NCBI GenBank assembly: GCA_964457185.1
Contig: CAYWEQ010000006.1
Coordinates: 1-35,707, forward strand
DNA: 35,707 nucleotides
Direction of reading: 5' to 3'
From: an uncultured Rikenellaceae bacterium
GTDB taxonomy: Bacteria; Bacteroidota; Bacteroidia; Bacteroidales; VadinHA17
Notes under the pieces: model-generated
The model's database searches: none
Told to the model about the DNA's origin: nothing
Seen by the model: the letters and a program-made list of their open reading frames with translations, nothing else
Program-made: the position numbers and the translations under genes
Part shown: piece by piece, positions 35,106 to 35,707 of the stretch
Layout: the number at the start of each line of letters is the position of its first letter
Position numbering within the stretch: position 1 is the stretch's first letter

Positions 35106-35707
35106 CTATTTTCCCTCCCTGTCACTCAGAAGTCTCATATCCTTTACAGTTTTTATCAACCTGATCATTTCTGACCGGTAACCATCTTCATCATTTCCCT
35201 TTGCTGATCCGGCCAGTTTTGCAGCGCTTTCAAGCGTTGATGAGCCCTTGAATTCCGATTCTCTCAGTATCATTCCGAATTCAACGACTGCCGCCGCGAA
35301 TTTCAGATTTTCAGAGGCATCTTCAATTTCTTCACCGTAATCTTTTACCGGCTTTTCAAGGAGCATGCTGGTGTTTCCATAAGGCTTCTTGTAACGAACC
35401 TTGATTGTAAGAAGCTCATCTGAATAATTTTCTTCACTCTCTTTGCGCGACACCTGGTATCTTAAAGGATCTACTGAAGGGATCTTCTCATCAGAACCTG
35501 CAGGTACCAGTTCATAAAGAGCAGTTACATTGTGCCCTGATCCCATTTCGCCTGCATCTTTTGTGTCATCATTGAAATCCTCATCATTAAGCAGCCTGTT
35601 CTCATATCCGATCAGCCTGTATGACTGGACTTTCAACGGATTGAATTCTATCTGGAACTTCACATCCCTGGCTATCGTGAAAAGCGTTCCGCCGAATTCG
35701 CGGACCA
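35106..35707 (-). CDS. von Willebrand factor type A protein, C-terminal DUF3520 region (5' end outside the window)
   Basis: The frame stays open upstream of the listed GTG start to the window edge (VREFGGTLFTIARDVKFQIEFNP...). The string FNPLKVQSYRLIGYENRLLNDEDFNDDTKDAGEMGSGHNVTALYELVP is the conserved YfbK-like vWA/DUF3520 region as I recall it. Confidence 0.7.
   Translation of the reverse strand, partial: VREFGGTLFTIARDVKFQIEFNPLKVQSYRLIGYENRLLNDEDFNDDTKDAGEMGSGHNVTALYELVPAGSDEKIPSVDPLRYQVSRKESEENYSDELLTIKVRYKKPYGNTSMLLEKPVKDYGEEIEDASENLKFAAAVVEFGMILRESEFKGSSTLESAAKLAGSAKGNDEDGYRSEMIRLIKTVKDMRLLSDREGK

Noticed and set aside
1-35707. A search by eye for CRISPR arrays, tRNA or rRNA genes, transposases, integrases, long direct or inverted repeats, and canonical defence-system genes (nucleases, helicases, TIR, Sir2, cyclases and similar).
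   Set aside because: None was found. All intergenic gaps are under 370 nt, no spacer-repeat periodicity is visible, and every long ORF has a plausible metabolic, envelope or transport assignment. A computational repeat or tRNA scan would be needed to be definitive.

Overview
This is a densely coding 35.7-kb chromosomal segment. It most likely comes from a Bacteroidota (Bacteroidales-like) genome. The evidence is AT-rich DNA (roughly 40% GC by eye, not computed), TAnnTTTG-type promoter boxes, few Shine-Dalgarno sites, a FISUMP lipoprotein, an ~800-aa double-FtsX permease and a TAT-exported TIM-barrel protein. I support 27 protein genes from the ORF track plus one unlisted 36-codon ORF. I saw no rRNA, tRNA, CRISPR array, transposase or integrase.

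The right two-thirds (10.9-35.7 kb) is core metabolism and envelope:
- M48 protease
- an LTA-synthase-like / TIM-barrel / GH3 operon
- Yip1-like membrane protein
- arginine decarboxylase speA
- GH53 galactanase
- M14 carboxypeptidase
- cold-shock protein
- zwf-pgl
- glutamate synthase gltBD
- FtsX-type permease
- a partial vWA/DUF3520 protein

The left third (1-10.8 kb) is transcribed entirely on the + strand and looks accessory. It holds a partial Imm5-like immunity protein, an MGT-type GT1 glycosyltransferase, DUF3795, a divergent PurC (SAICAR-synthase-like) paralog, a nitrilase-superfamily hydrolase, a DUF4213/DUF364 protein translationally coupled to a polytopic-membrane::P-loop NTPase fusion, a FISUMP lipoprotein, a DrrAB-like ABC-2 exporter and a GrpB::NAD(P)-binding fusion.

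The best candidates for something undescribed are:
1. The DUF364 + membrane-NTPase pair at 4572-7086.
2. A promoter-to-terminator leader with alternative helices directly in front of gltB, at 26355-26525.
3. A self-contained lysine-rich microprotein gene at 23575-23793.
4. The PurC-paralog and C-N hydrolase neighbourhood.

All family calls come from motif recognition by eye. No database search was possible. I found no clear-cut defence or mobile system.
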